Source: Cycas panzhihuaensis (taxonomy: Eukaryota; Plantae; Cycadophyta). Taken from it: a stretch of 64,000 bases of DNA. Positions 25,975-37,853 of this stretch are shown here, piece after piece. A program made the translations under genes and the position numbers. Under the pieces are notes generated by a model that worked only from the letters and a program-made list of their open reading frames with translations, was not told the DNA's origin and did no database searches. The stretch is from assembly GCA_023213395.1 (NCBI GenBank), contig CM041465.1:184147741-184211740 (forward strand), in the 5' to 3' direction. Within the stretch, counting starts at the first letter, position 1. Every line of letters starts with the position of its first letter.

Positions 25975-27352
25975 TGCTTCTCTGCATCCATCTGATTCTT
26001 TAATCTTTTGAAATCTTTCTTCAAGTGATTAAGTTTCCTATAATGCTAACACTTAGCCTTTGTTTATCCCTTAAGACCCTCTCATTGAATGTTATGTTCA
26101 AACGATGCATTTTTTCTTAGCATAAAGGAATATTTTCTTTTATTCTTCATAGCCATGGCACTTGAACTTTCACCACCAAGATCTTTCAATCTCTACTTGT
26201 GCAACTTCAATTGCCCTCTAAGATTATTGAAGTTCATTGAATTTATCTCACTATTTAGGCTCAAGTTATTGATGAAATTTTTATAGGTATAGACTAGATC
26301 ACTATAGTCACTAATTGTAAGTATTTAGGTGGCTTATACATCGTGCTCAACTCGCCCTTGGTCATTTTTATTTCTTACACATGATGAATCATTAATCTAC
26401 TCACTTTCAAACTATAAAGTTGATTTCTTAAGGACAAGATTCATGCACCATCTTTAATCTTATAAAGAAAGATAATTGTGTCCCATGCTTATTTTGGTTT
26501 CTTTGCATTTACAACATTGATTATTAAGTTTCTACTAATGGAAATTTTATTAAATCCCAAAGTGACTCTTAGCCTATCTTCAAGTTTCTTCTTCTCATTA
26601 TTAACAACTAGTGTAATTAGTTCATTGTTTATGTACTTCTTCTTATCATTTATCTCTATGAAGCTTGTCAATAAATATTCCCATAATAAACATATATATA
26701 GTACACTAATAATTGCACTAATATTCTCATAATGAAAAATATAATACAATAAAGAATGTAATTATGGCATGATGCTTACCCTTGGGCCCATAGTTATGAT
26801 ATGGCTTGTCTAATAAAAATGGAACATGGAGCAAATAACCTATGTGTGACACTATTGTTTCTTTTTCAAATTATAAATAATAATATTCAGATACAAAAGG
26901 TACAATCCCTTAAAACCAAGGGCTATTATAATAATTAATGAAATTCCAAGCACTATTTATATCTAAGATCACTTATAACTTTATAAACTATAGGATCTCA
27001 CATGCAAAAATATTTATGGAGCTCCACCTTGTGCCTATGCAATGTCATTTGTACAATTTGGAGGTTTGCCACTTCAAAATAAGAATGTCATGTTAACCTT
27101 AAGTTTCCTATGTTTTATTACTTTTTAATTATTGGCAATCTTTATGTTATGAGTTTATATTATATGTATTACATGCCATCTATTTTGATTTAAAAGGAAA
27201 AGACCTAAATGTCCTCAAGGTAATAAACACATAGACCTTATCGTCAAGTTAGTCCATGTCATGTACCTAAAATGACTTTATTGAATTATTAAAATGGATT
27301 ATTATTTAACAAGTGACTTCCACTAACCATTACATCAATGAGAAACATAATA

Positions 27353-27353
27353 C

Positions 27354-27439
<86 letters not shown>
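27353..27439. repeat. (TA)n microsatellite
   Basis: Seen directly. Confidence 0.97.
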
Positions 27440-27442
<3 letters not shown>

Positions 27443-28189
27443 CACAAGTGTAATTGCTACTAAAGATGCCCACTTGAGATGTAAAGGTTAGACTTGCACT
27501 CATCTACATGTTGCTCCTACTTAAAAGTGGTTAAATAAGAAATAACTTTGAAAGTTACTCCCTTATAGAAATCTTATAAAGGTCATGATAATATAAGTGG
27601 GTTCTTTAAAAGCTTAACCACATATGAGGAAGGGCTACCTACTTTATATTAGCAATTCCAGCATCACTATTTTAAGCCTCTCTCTTAATCACATGTATTC
27701 CTTTATTTAAATTTTTTTGAATAATAATTAATATGACTAGTGTCACATACACTAGAAAGTATAAATCAATTATATGCCAATAATAAATACTTTATAATTT
27801 ATGTAAAGGTATAATTCGAATCTCCTTAAACTAAGGAGACTAACCACTCCCTTTTTTCTAGTGGTGGTTCCTATATTTTTTCCTTTTAAGTGATTAACTA
27901 TTGTGGATATTGCGTGAGAATATTTTTGTTCCATATGACCCTCACTCCAAATTTGACGTTAACCTTCACTTCCAACCCTTTATACTATGCATGATATATG
28001 ATTGTATCCTAGGTGCTTCACATCATATAAATATACTTGTTGTCACAACTGGTTATATTTGGCATAATGGTGATACAATGCCACTTATCACACTATAATA
28101 TAAATGACCTTATTTAAAGCATTATGTAGGTATAATTGTTTATCTCAAATCCATATCATTACCTAATATAAGGTCCTAACATTAAAAGA

Positions 28190-28700
28190 GTAGATGGAAA
28201 AACTAGAGAACATCCTAAAGAATCTCAGGGATAACCTAAATATGGCATGGATTGGATGAAGTAGTGATAAGACCTACTCTAATTAGAAAGGCAATTTATG
28301 GTAAATGATTGGGTGTTTTTAATGACAAACCTATAAATAGGCCATCATGAGGAAATCAACAAAATGAAAGTTACAACCTAAGATTTATATGGCATTCTAA
28401 GTATGAGGGGAAATTAAGGAAGTCATTTACCAACTTGAATTACCAAATGGAAGGATACATAATGTCTATTATGTTTCCTACCCAAAGAAGAAGATTAGGG
28501 TGAAGATCATTCCTCAAACTTCTCACCCATAGTTAGATGAAGAAGGGGTTTTATTATTATGCAACCTAAGGGCATCATTGATAATAAGACAAGGCAACTA
28601 TGAAATAGATAAATCAAGGACCACTTATGCAAATAGTAGAATCTAGATACTAAGGATGTAACATAAGAAGATGAAGAATGACACTAATAGAATCTATAAG
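28190..28700 (+). pseudogene. Ty3/gypsy integrase C-terminus and chromodomain fragment
   Basis: LKNLRDNLNMA, RQFMVNDWVF, YQLELPNGRIHNVYYVS, QPKGIIDNKTRQL*NR; boundaries approximate. Confidence 0.7.
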
Positions 28701-29730
28701 TTTTGATGTTTTGTAGGCAAAGTATTTTTTAGTGTATGATGAAACTATTTCCTAGGAAGAGTTTATCAAATATATTTATGTAAATTTTTAATATGATATA
28801 CTATTTTTTTAATATACAAAAGAAAAATAGAATTCTTTCATTTCCACCATATTCACTAAAACTTTCAAAGTAAAAAAATACAAACAAATAAGTTGCTTTT
28901 AATTATACAACCAAATCAATTTAGATAAAAATTATATTTTCTTTATTTAAAGCAAAATTTTAGTATATATTTATAATACAATAGATAATTTTTATACCTC
29001 AATGAGAGAGGTCTTTCAAAGGATAAATATTTATACCTAATTTGGGATCCTCATGGAACTGAAGCACCAACTATATCTAGTAATCATGGATAACACCTTA
29101 TTACAATTTCTTCGATCTTATAGTGCCCCTATAACTCTAACCCTCTTGATCTTCATTCCAACTAATAGGAATCCAACCTTGTAGGCTTCATAATTCTTCC
29201 TCGATGTAGGAATTCAACTTAAAAGCAAAATCCCTCTCAAATTAGGGAATTAATTCATAGGCTCTATAATTCTTTATCATATCCTCCTCTAGTTTCCTCC
29301 CTCATCTGGCTAATATACATGATATTTATTTTTGAAAGGTTATAACCTCTTATCATTTCATGCATTTTCATAAATAAATTAACTATTAATTAGTTAACAT
29401 GTTTATTCTTTAATTGTAAAGATTCTCTTATCCCTAGTTTTTATTTTACAACCTGGGGAAGTTAGATGTGTGACATTTCTCTTACCCTTGATTCCTAACT
29501 AACCTTAATAACTTTCTTATTGTTCTACACTATAAATATACAAACATGATTAGTAAATAATAACAAGAATTATAATTGTATAAATTCTTGTTTCTAAGCA
29601 GCACTATGTTGATCATAAGAAGCCCACTTAATTTTAACTAAAGAGATTTTTCTATTTCTAACTTATCTAACTCTTCTATGTATAATTTTTCTAGCTTTAT
29701 ACTAAATTTGTATCTATGTTTAGTTATTAT

Positions 29731-30170
29731 TGTTAGATTGTATAATGCAAACTTATGTATTTTAATGTAATTATTTATGTCACATGTCTAAAATATAATT
29801 TAAGTCATTGTAATGTTTTTAACTTAGGTTTATTTAATTAAATTTGTGGAAGGTTGTTGAAATTGTGAAATTGCATTTCAACGAACCTCCTTAGTATTTA
29901 ATCTCCTAAATTCCTGGAGCATGTCCCAGGAATCTAGGAGGGCTATCTTCATGCTTTTTTCAAAGGCTGGTTTGGTCTATAGGTGGTTTCACCACATGGT
30001 TTTTGTTCAGTATTATTTTATTAATAAAACTAGAATTTAGGAGGTGGTTTTTCTTCCCCAGAAGGGGTTTTCCACATATCAAATCTGTGTGCATGTTCAA
30101 TATCAAATGTTTCCTATGATGTTGTTAATTCTGTGATCCTGTGATGTTGTTCATGTACCTATTTCCATCA
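29731..30170 (+). repeat. C3 5' LTR
   Basis: Direct repeat of 36753-37192. Confidence 0.95.
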
Positions 30171-30182
30171 TGGTATTAGAGC
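30171..30182 (+). promoter_or_regulatory. Primer-binding site (tRNA-iMet type) of C3
   Basis: TGGTATTAGAGC, one C>T from TGGTATCAGAGC. Confidence 0.9.
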
Positions 30183-30300
30183 TCATTATGCATGTTCTTT
30201 TATTTTTTTTATTAATGTATTAACCATCCAAAACCCTTTTTATTTTATTTTATTTTTTTGTCACAGTGATCATTCATTCAAAACCAAGTTTTTTTTTTTA

Positions 30301-30575
30301 AACTACCATTACGATAAAATCTTTCATTCAATAGTCCTTTGTACAAAACTACCATTAAGGCAAAATTTTTCATTCAACAGTCCTTTATACAAAACTGCCA
30401 TTAAGGCAAAGTTTTTTCATTCAACAGTCCTTTACACAAAACTGCCATTAAGGCAGAATTTTTTCTACATATCAGTCTACCAAAACTTTTTTTTTACTTA
30501 TTTACATCAAAACCTATACTTAAACGGCCATTAAGGCAGATCCGTACTAAAAAAAAACTGCCATTAAGGCAGAGC
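30301..30575 (+). repeat. 46-47-bp tandem repeat in the C3 leader, core AACT(A/G)CCATTAAGGCA
   Basis: Units start at 30301, 30347, 30393 and 30440; further core copies at about 30522 and 30556. Confidence 0.9.
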
Positions 30576-32467
30576 TATATACAAAAAAAAAAAAACCATC
30601 AACAAAGGTCATCCTTGCAGTAGAAACCCTAACCAGGCCTAAATGCAGTATTCCGCTCTGAAACTGCCACAACAAAGGTTATTCTTATGAAGAAACCCTA
30701 ACTAGGGTTAAATACAACACTATGTGAAGACAAAGATAACATGCCATTAAGAAGAAGATCTCTGTTTGAGATGCCATGACACGAAGCCATTCCGAGGTGT
30801 TGGACTTGAGATCTAGAGATTTCTGAGAGCTGGGGTTTGGAGCTGAGTTTAGAGCCAAGGTTGGAGCCCTGAACTTCAAGATAACAAAGATTTTTTAGAC
30901 CTGCAAGCAAAGAGAGGTAGTTATTGTCCTCATGCCCGTATCATAGACCTACAAGCAAAGAAAGGTAGCCGTTGTCCTCTCGCCTTCATCGCAGACCAGC
31001 ACACCTCCGTTGCAGAGCTACAAGTAAGTAAACGTCGACCTCTTGCCTTAATCGCAGACCAGGACGCCTCTAGAATTCGCCATAGTCTTCATGCCTTCGT
31101 TGCAGAGCTACAAGTAAGTGAACATCACCGTCGCCATAGCAAGGAAATGAGATAGGGTTTCTACCTACTTCCCCCCACACCCCAAAAACTAATTCAATTT
31201 TTATTTTTCTTTTGCTTTATAATCTCGTCAGGTTCGCCTGTTATTTTATTTTGTTTTACTTTTTTATTTTTAATAAATCGAAAACCTTTTTTAACTATAA
31301 TATTCCTTGATTAATTAAAACATCTTAAAACCCCCCTTCACTTTATAAAACTATTTTTTATTCTTTTTATTCAATCGAATCAAACCCCCCCCCCCCCCCC
31401 CCCCCCTTAACTTGAAAAAAAAAAAAAACCTTTTATCTTTTGATTCAAGTGAATTAAAACTCCTCCCTTTCTAAACTTTAATTATCCCCTTGCTCTTTTC
31501 TTTAAATTCCCCTTTTCTATTCTTTAAACCTTATACTTTGATTCTAATCACTGTTAACCCCCCTTCCTAAACCTTTAATTATTAATCAAACTTTAATGGT
31601 CATATCCTAATACTTTTATTTCAATTTCCATTTCTCAATTTTCATAATTACCTTTCAATTCCTTTTGATTCATATGAATCATAGTACTAAACTTTTTTTC
31701 TTTAAACCTAATACTTTGATGTAAATCAAAATTTCCCCCCCTCAAATTTTAAAAGTCCCTCCCTTATTAATAATTTTGACTCCCCCCCCCCCTCCACATT
31801 ATATTTTGACTTTTCCTTCCCTTAAATTTTTTTTTTTTTTAACAAACTTTAAAACCGCTTCTATAATACTTTGTTAAAATAACTCAAATACCCCCTTTGT
31901 TTTAATACAAACGTTGTTTACAAAATCCTATGCTCTTAAGTTTGCTTCTTATAAGATATATATAAATATTATTATTACTATTCTTCAATACATGTTAACG
32001 AGTAAATTTAACCATTTTTTTTTTAATATATAAAATCCTAAGTAAATCTAATTAATCCTTTACCATTACATCTTTTAATTATCTTTCAACACTTAATCTA
32101 TAAGATTCAAACTTAATATTAAACATTATACACTTTTGTTTATAAAAAGGGAAACAAAATATCTAGTCTTTTAAAACCACTTACTTTAATAAGAAAGTTG
32201 TTAATTTTTTTTCTTAATTTTTAAAGGGAGATAGTTTATTTTTTCTAAAGGGATTTTTCCTAAGAGGGATTATTTTTTTAAAAAAAATTTTTTCAAAAAT
32301 AACTGATTAATTGTTGTCTGTTTCTGTTTAAAAACATATGATTTTTTTTATCTTAAAATTTATTAATGAAGATGTCTTTGTAAAGATTAGTGTTTTTCAT
32401 TAAGTAATTATTTTTCAAGTCACCTTCATAATTTTTTAATCTTTAAATACACCTTAACATTCCCAAT

Positions 32468-35400
32468 ATGGCATTAATGCCAGGGACAGTCACCTGTGTT
32501 CCAATTCCAGTGTTAACCGGCTCAAAATATGCCGACTAGAGGAATCGCATATCCCATCAGCTTAAACAGTAAAAAGTATGGTGATATATAATAAGTGAAT
32601 TTCAAAAACCAAAAGCTGATGCTACTGAGAATCTTATGGTATATCTAATGAACTCAGATACCACATTAGGTACCATATTAAATTCTCTTTCACCAGAAAT
32701 CAGTCGGCAGTTTTCTCAAAAAAATGACTTAGCCACTGTCTGGAAAACCTTAGAAGAAAAATACGACAAGGTTGATACACATCAAGTAGCTATCCTAGAA
32801 GAGCAATTATATAATCTTACCTTTGATGACTTTACAAATATTGAGGATTTCTTAACAAAAATTCAATCAATCAATAAAGATTTAGATAATTGTATTAAAT
32901 CAAAAACCAAGGAAGGTGATATAGAAAAAATAACTATGCATGTCAAAGATGACGACACGCTCGTACGTCTTGCAGTTAATACATTACCAAAACACTTCAA
33001 TCTTTACCAAGCTGCCAGACAACAAGCTGGCAATCCACCCATCACATTCAATCAGCTAACAAATCAGCTGATTGAACATCAAACAATGTTAATCAGAACA
33101 GGTGCAATAAAAGATCACTCACAGGTTTTATTTTCTAAAACTAAGCCACAATTTAAAAACTAACAACAAAATAACAACTTTTATAATAACAATCAAAAAT
33201 TCTAGAAACCTCATCAAGGTTCACCATCTAATACTCACAAAAATGTTAAATATTCTAGTCTAATTAAAAACTAGAATACTTCCAATCAATACGTTTCTAA
33301 CAAAAACAATACATCTTCTTCTCAGAACTCTAGTTGTGCCTACTATCATAAAAGAGGCCATACTATTGATATCTATAAAAGTAGAATAGCCTCAGAAGCA
33401 TGGAAAGCTTCCAAGGGATTGCAAAATAAACCACAATCCCATTCTCAATCTCATTTCTAATTGAACTCTCAATCACGATCACAAAATCATCAATTTCATA
33501 ATCGTTCCTTAGTAGCAACAACTTCTGTATTTGTTGCTCCTTCTAATCAACCACCACAATGGATCATTGACTTTAGTGTATCCCATCATATGACTAGACA
33601 CCAGAAAAACTTATCCACCTATCAATCTAAAATGAACTCTAAAGAAGAGATTTCATTCAGTAGTGGTAGTCAACTCAATGTTAAAGGATCTGATGATGTT
33701 ACCCTGAAGGATGGTTCAATCAAGGACGTTTTTTACGTACTTAGTTTGTTACCAAACCTCCTCTCAGTATATCAAATTTGCCAGAAAGACCTTCTTGTCG
33801 AATTCTAGAAAAATAAATTTGTCATTAAAGATACATTACACAAATTCAAACGTATTACTTCAAGACCTATTGATCAAAATACAGGTCTCTATAACATGAC
33901 TAGTTTTCAAAATAATAAATCAAAATCATTTAGTACCTTCGTTGCTAAATCTGACTCCATCAACAAACTTTGGCATGCAAGATTTGGCCATACTAGCTAT
34001 GGCAAATTGTAATATTTAATCAAGCATGAAATGGTCCATGGTTTACCACCATTAAACACTGTTTATGGTGTTTGTGAAGCTCAGGTGACAGCAATAACAC
34101 ATGGATCCATTTCCACACAAAACTCAATTTCAAGCAACTGCTCCACTAGAACTTATCCACTCTGATATATATGCACCTTTTCATATTCCATCATATTCAG
34201 GATCTCATTATTTTGTTACATGCATTGATGATTATTCAAGAAAATGTTGGGTTTATATGCTCAAAATACACAGTCAAGTGTTCGACATTTTCGTTGAATA
34301 TAAAACATTAGTGGAAAACCAATCCAATTCAAGAATCAAAATATTCCAATTTGATAATACTAAGGAATATTTAAGTAAAAATTTCATCTCCCTCTGTAAA
34401 TCAAATTCCAACATTTAGTTGCATATACACCTCAACAAAATGGTGTTGTAGAACGCAAAAATTGTACTCTTGTTGAAATAACTTATTGCATGTTACATGC
34501 AAAGAATCTTGATCTAAAATTATGGGCAGAAGCAATTAACTGCTCTAATTACTTATTAAATAGTTTACCCAATAAAAGTTTACGAAATGTCACTCTAAAA
34601 TAAGAATGGTCTAAAAGGAAACCATTTGTTCAACACTTACGAATCTTCGGTAGTATCGCGTGGGGACATATTCCTCATGAAAAACGTAAAAGGTTAGAGA
34701 AAAAAAGTTAAAAATACATCTTCGTTATCTACAGCAAAGAAAGTAAAGTATATAGACTTTTAGATTCAATCACGCATAATATTTCTATTTTATGTGATGT
34801 AGAATTTGATGAAAAAGGATCTACTTCAACATCTACTTATGTAGAACTCCTTGTTGAAGACTTATTAACCAACACTCGTTTAGTTGATGATTCTAAAAAA
34901 TAAGTTGATTCAGATATCATAGATTCTTTATCAACTCAAGTCCAAAATTGGACTTTATCAAAACCAGCTTATATAGATCCTTCTCTTCAACCTAGCACAT
35001 CGAGTCAACCTACAACCTCAGATTCAATTGCTCACACGCAACCAATTTGGGTAACCAAAATGCTTACTAATGCTAGATCTAATATAGGTAATCCTACTGA
35101 TACTAGGCGTATACGTGCATAAAAACTTCATGCAAATTTTGCTTTAATAGCAAAAATAATGGAAAACAATGATCCCAAAACTTTTAAACAAGTTAGTAAC
35201 AATCTTATTTGGCAAGATGCTATGCAGACCGAATTTGTTGCCTTAATTAAAAATTCTACCTGGGATCTTGTTCCATTTCCACCCAGAAAAAATGTAGTTG
35301 ACTATAAATGGGTTTATAGAACTAAATATAATTCAACATGCGCAGTGGAAAAATATAAAGCTCGTCTTGTTGCCAAAGGATTTTTTCAAATAGATAGCAT

Positions 35401-36704
35401 TGACTATAATGAAACCTTTGCTCCTGTTGCAAAGATGAATACAATCAAGATCATCATTGCTCTTGCAGCCAAATTTAATTGGGAAATCCACCAAATGGAT
35501 ATTAAGAGTGCTTTCTTGAATGGTGATCTCAAAGAAGAGATCTACATGTCACAGCCACGTGGATTCATTGAAAATCCTAATTTAGTCTGTAAACTTAAAA
35601 AATCTATTTATGATTTAAAACAAGTTCCTTGAGCTTGGTATACTAAAGTTGATGATTACTTAATCCACATTGGATACACTAAATGTATTAGTGATCTAAA
35701 TCTCTATTTTAAACGTGAAGATGAAAATCTTACCATTTTAATTCTTTATGTTGATGACATTATTATCACTAGATCATCAACCCATAATATTCATCATCTC
35801 AAATCAACCTTAATGAACAAATTTGAAATGACAGATTTAGAATTATTATATTATTTTCTAGATTTACAAATGTATCAAAATTAATCAAATATATCACTAT
35901 CTCAACCTAAGTATATTCTTGATTTACTTAAGAGGTTTAACATGGAAAATGCTAAACCTGTAACCAATCCTTTACAATTAGGAGTTAAACTAACTATTAA
36001 TTGTTCAACTCCGTTATGTGATCCAACTCTTTATAGACAACTTATTGGTAGTCTAATTTATCTTACACACACCCGCCCTGACATTTCTTATGCTATTGCT
36101 TTATGCTCCAGATACATGCAACAACCACATGAATCTCACTAGAAAGCAGCCAAATGAATCTTACGTTATCTAAAGAATACCGTGTTTCATGGTTTAACTT
36201 ATAACTTTTGTAATAAACCATTAATATTAACTGGATATACTGATTATGATTGGGCAGGATCGTAAATCTACTTCTTGTTATATATTTTTTATTGATTCCT
36301 CACCTATTACCTAGTCAAGCAAAAAAATACAGGCACTGGCATTATCAACAACTAAAGCTAAATATCGAGCATTAGTTGAAGCTGGTAAAAAAGCACTTTA
36401 GCTAAAATCTCTACTCAATGAAATTGGTCTGACTCTAAACTCTTCAATTGAAATTAAAGTTGATAATCAAGGTGCAATTGCTATTGCTTTTAATCATGTT
36501 TTATATTTTAGAACTAAACATATAGAATTACATCAGCATTTTATACATAATCTAGTTACTGATAATATTATTTGTTTGTCTTATTGTCCAACAGAGTTAC
36601 AGATTCTCGATATACTTACAAAGTCTCTAACTGAAGTGAAGCATTTACATTTGAGAGATTTATTAAAGATAAAAGAAGTCTCCATCAAAGGGGGATCATC
36701 ATGA
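32468..36704 (+). pseudogene. C3 gag-pol remnant
   Basis: ORFs 32636-33163 (gag), 33461-33808 (WIIDFSVSHHM), 34101-34418 (INT), 35159-35632 (QMDIKSAFLNG) and 35942-36142. Confidence 0.94.
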
Positions 36705-36752
36705 TGAAGATCTTCTTTTCTCTCCAGTACAAAAGTTTACATTAAAGGGGGA

Positions 36753-37192
36753 TGTTAGATTGTATAATGTAAACTTATATATTTTAATGTAATTATTTAT
36801 GTCACATGTCTAAAATATAATTTAAGTCATTGTAATATTTTTAACTTAGGTTTATTTAATTAAATTTGTAAAAGGTCGTTGAAATTGCGAAACTGCATTT
36901 CAACGAACCTCTTTAGTATTTAATCTTCTAAATTCCTAAAACATGTCCCAAGAATCTAGGAGGGATGTCTTCATGCCTTTTTCAAAGGCTGGTTTGGTCT
37001 GTAGGTGGTTTCACCACATGGTTTTTGTTCAGTATTATTTTATTAATAAAACTAGAATTTAGGAGGTGGTTTTTCTTCCCCAGAAGGGGTTTTCCACCTG
37101 TCAAATATGTGTGCATGTTCAATATCAAATGTTTCCTGTGATCTTGTTAATTCTGTGATCCTGTGATGTTGCTGATATACCTATTTCCATCA
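36753..37192 (+). repeat. C3 3' LTR
   Basis: Matches the 5' LTR; followed by TSD ATTAT. Confidence 0.95.
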
Positions 37193-37853
37193 ATTATCTC
37201 ATTCTTCTTTATTAGATATTTTTCATCAAGTATTTTTTTAGTGCACTTATAAAAAATACTTTGTAAATTTTTAATGAAGTAGGTAAAGTAAGTTTGTAGT
37301 CTAAGTTTTACACTCATCAAAGTAGTTCAATAGGGTCGTAGAATTTAGAGGCAAACTTGATATGTTTTCCTAGATTTAAGAAGCTTCTTTTAGGTTTAAC
37401 TTAGAGAAAAACCTTATCTACCACTTGAAATTACTTAAAGTTTTAAAAAACTAAACTTTTATGTCAATCTTCAGTTGCCTTCATATTATTCTTGGCCTTA
37501 TGGATTACCTTTTTTATTTTGACCAAATCTTCAAATTCATATATTATTTTTAATATACAAGGATAGGCCAAGAAAGGCGTATACTACAATTTCTTTCATA
37601 AATGGCTTTGAAGAGAAACATCTTAATAGAGGAGTGGTAACTTTAATTATTCATAAATTCTATTGGGCATAAGTAGTCTTCTCAATGAAAGGGCCCTTTG
37701 GTGGTATACATTTATAACATGTCTTTTATCATCTTATTTACTCACTCTATTTAGCCATCAATCTCATGGTAGTAAGTTATACTCAATATAAAGGCGATTC
37801 TTATCTTATTCAAAAAATGATTCCAAAAAGTTAGATATAAACTTGGGATCTTT

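Larger units (their letters stand above)
16843..27350 (-). mobile_element. Old minus-strand Ty1/copia remnant C5 (leader, gag, protease, pre-integrase), split by C4 and cut by C2
   Basis: On the minus strand: gag about 26790-25975 with zinc-knuckle relic (KC*HYRKLNHLKKDF), protease (*IVDLGATKY) at about 17270, and MVHGL at 16843-16857. Leader end is approximate; no 5' LTR found. Confidence 0.7.
29731..37192 (+). mobile_element. Full-length decayed Ty1/copia element C3 (same family as C1)
   Basis: 440-bp LTRs at 29731-30170 and 36753-37192 (TG...CA), perfect TSD ATTAT, PBS TGGTATTAGAGC, PPT AAAGGGGGA. Confidence 0.96.

Noticed and set aside
26089-26732. Hydrophobic plus-strand ORFs resembling membrane proteins
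   Set aside because: Antisense of the A-rich C5 gag remnant.
28065-28090. Possible PBS/LTR junction for C5 (TGATACAATG)
   Set aside because: Imperfect match, with no second LTR in the window to confirm it.
30301-30575. CRISPR-like repeat-spacer appearance
   Set aside because: The first spacers are near-identical to each other (a tandem repeat), the context is a eukaryotic retroelement, and there are no cas genes.
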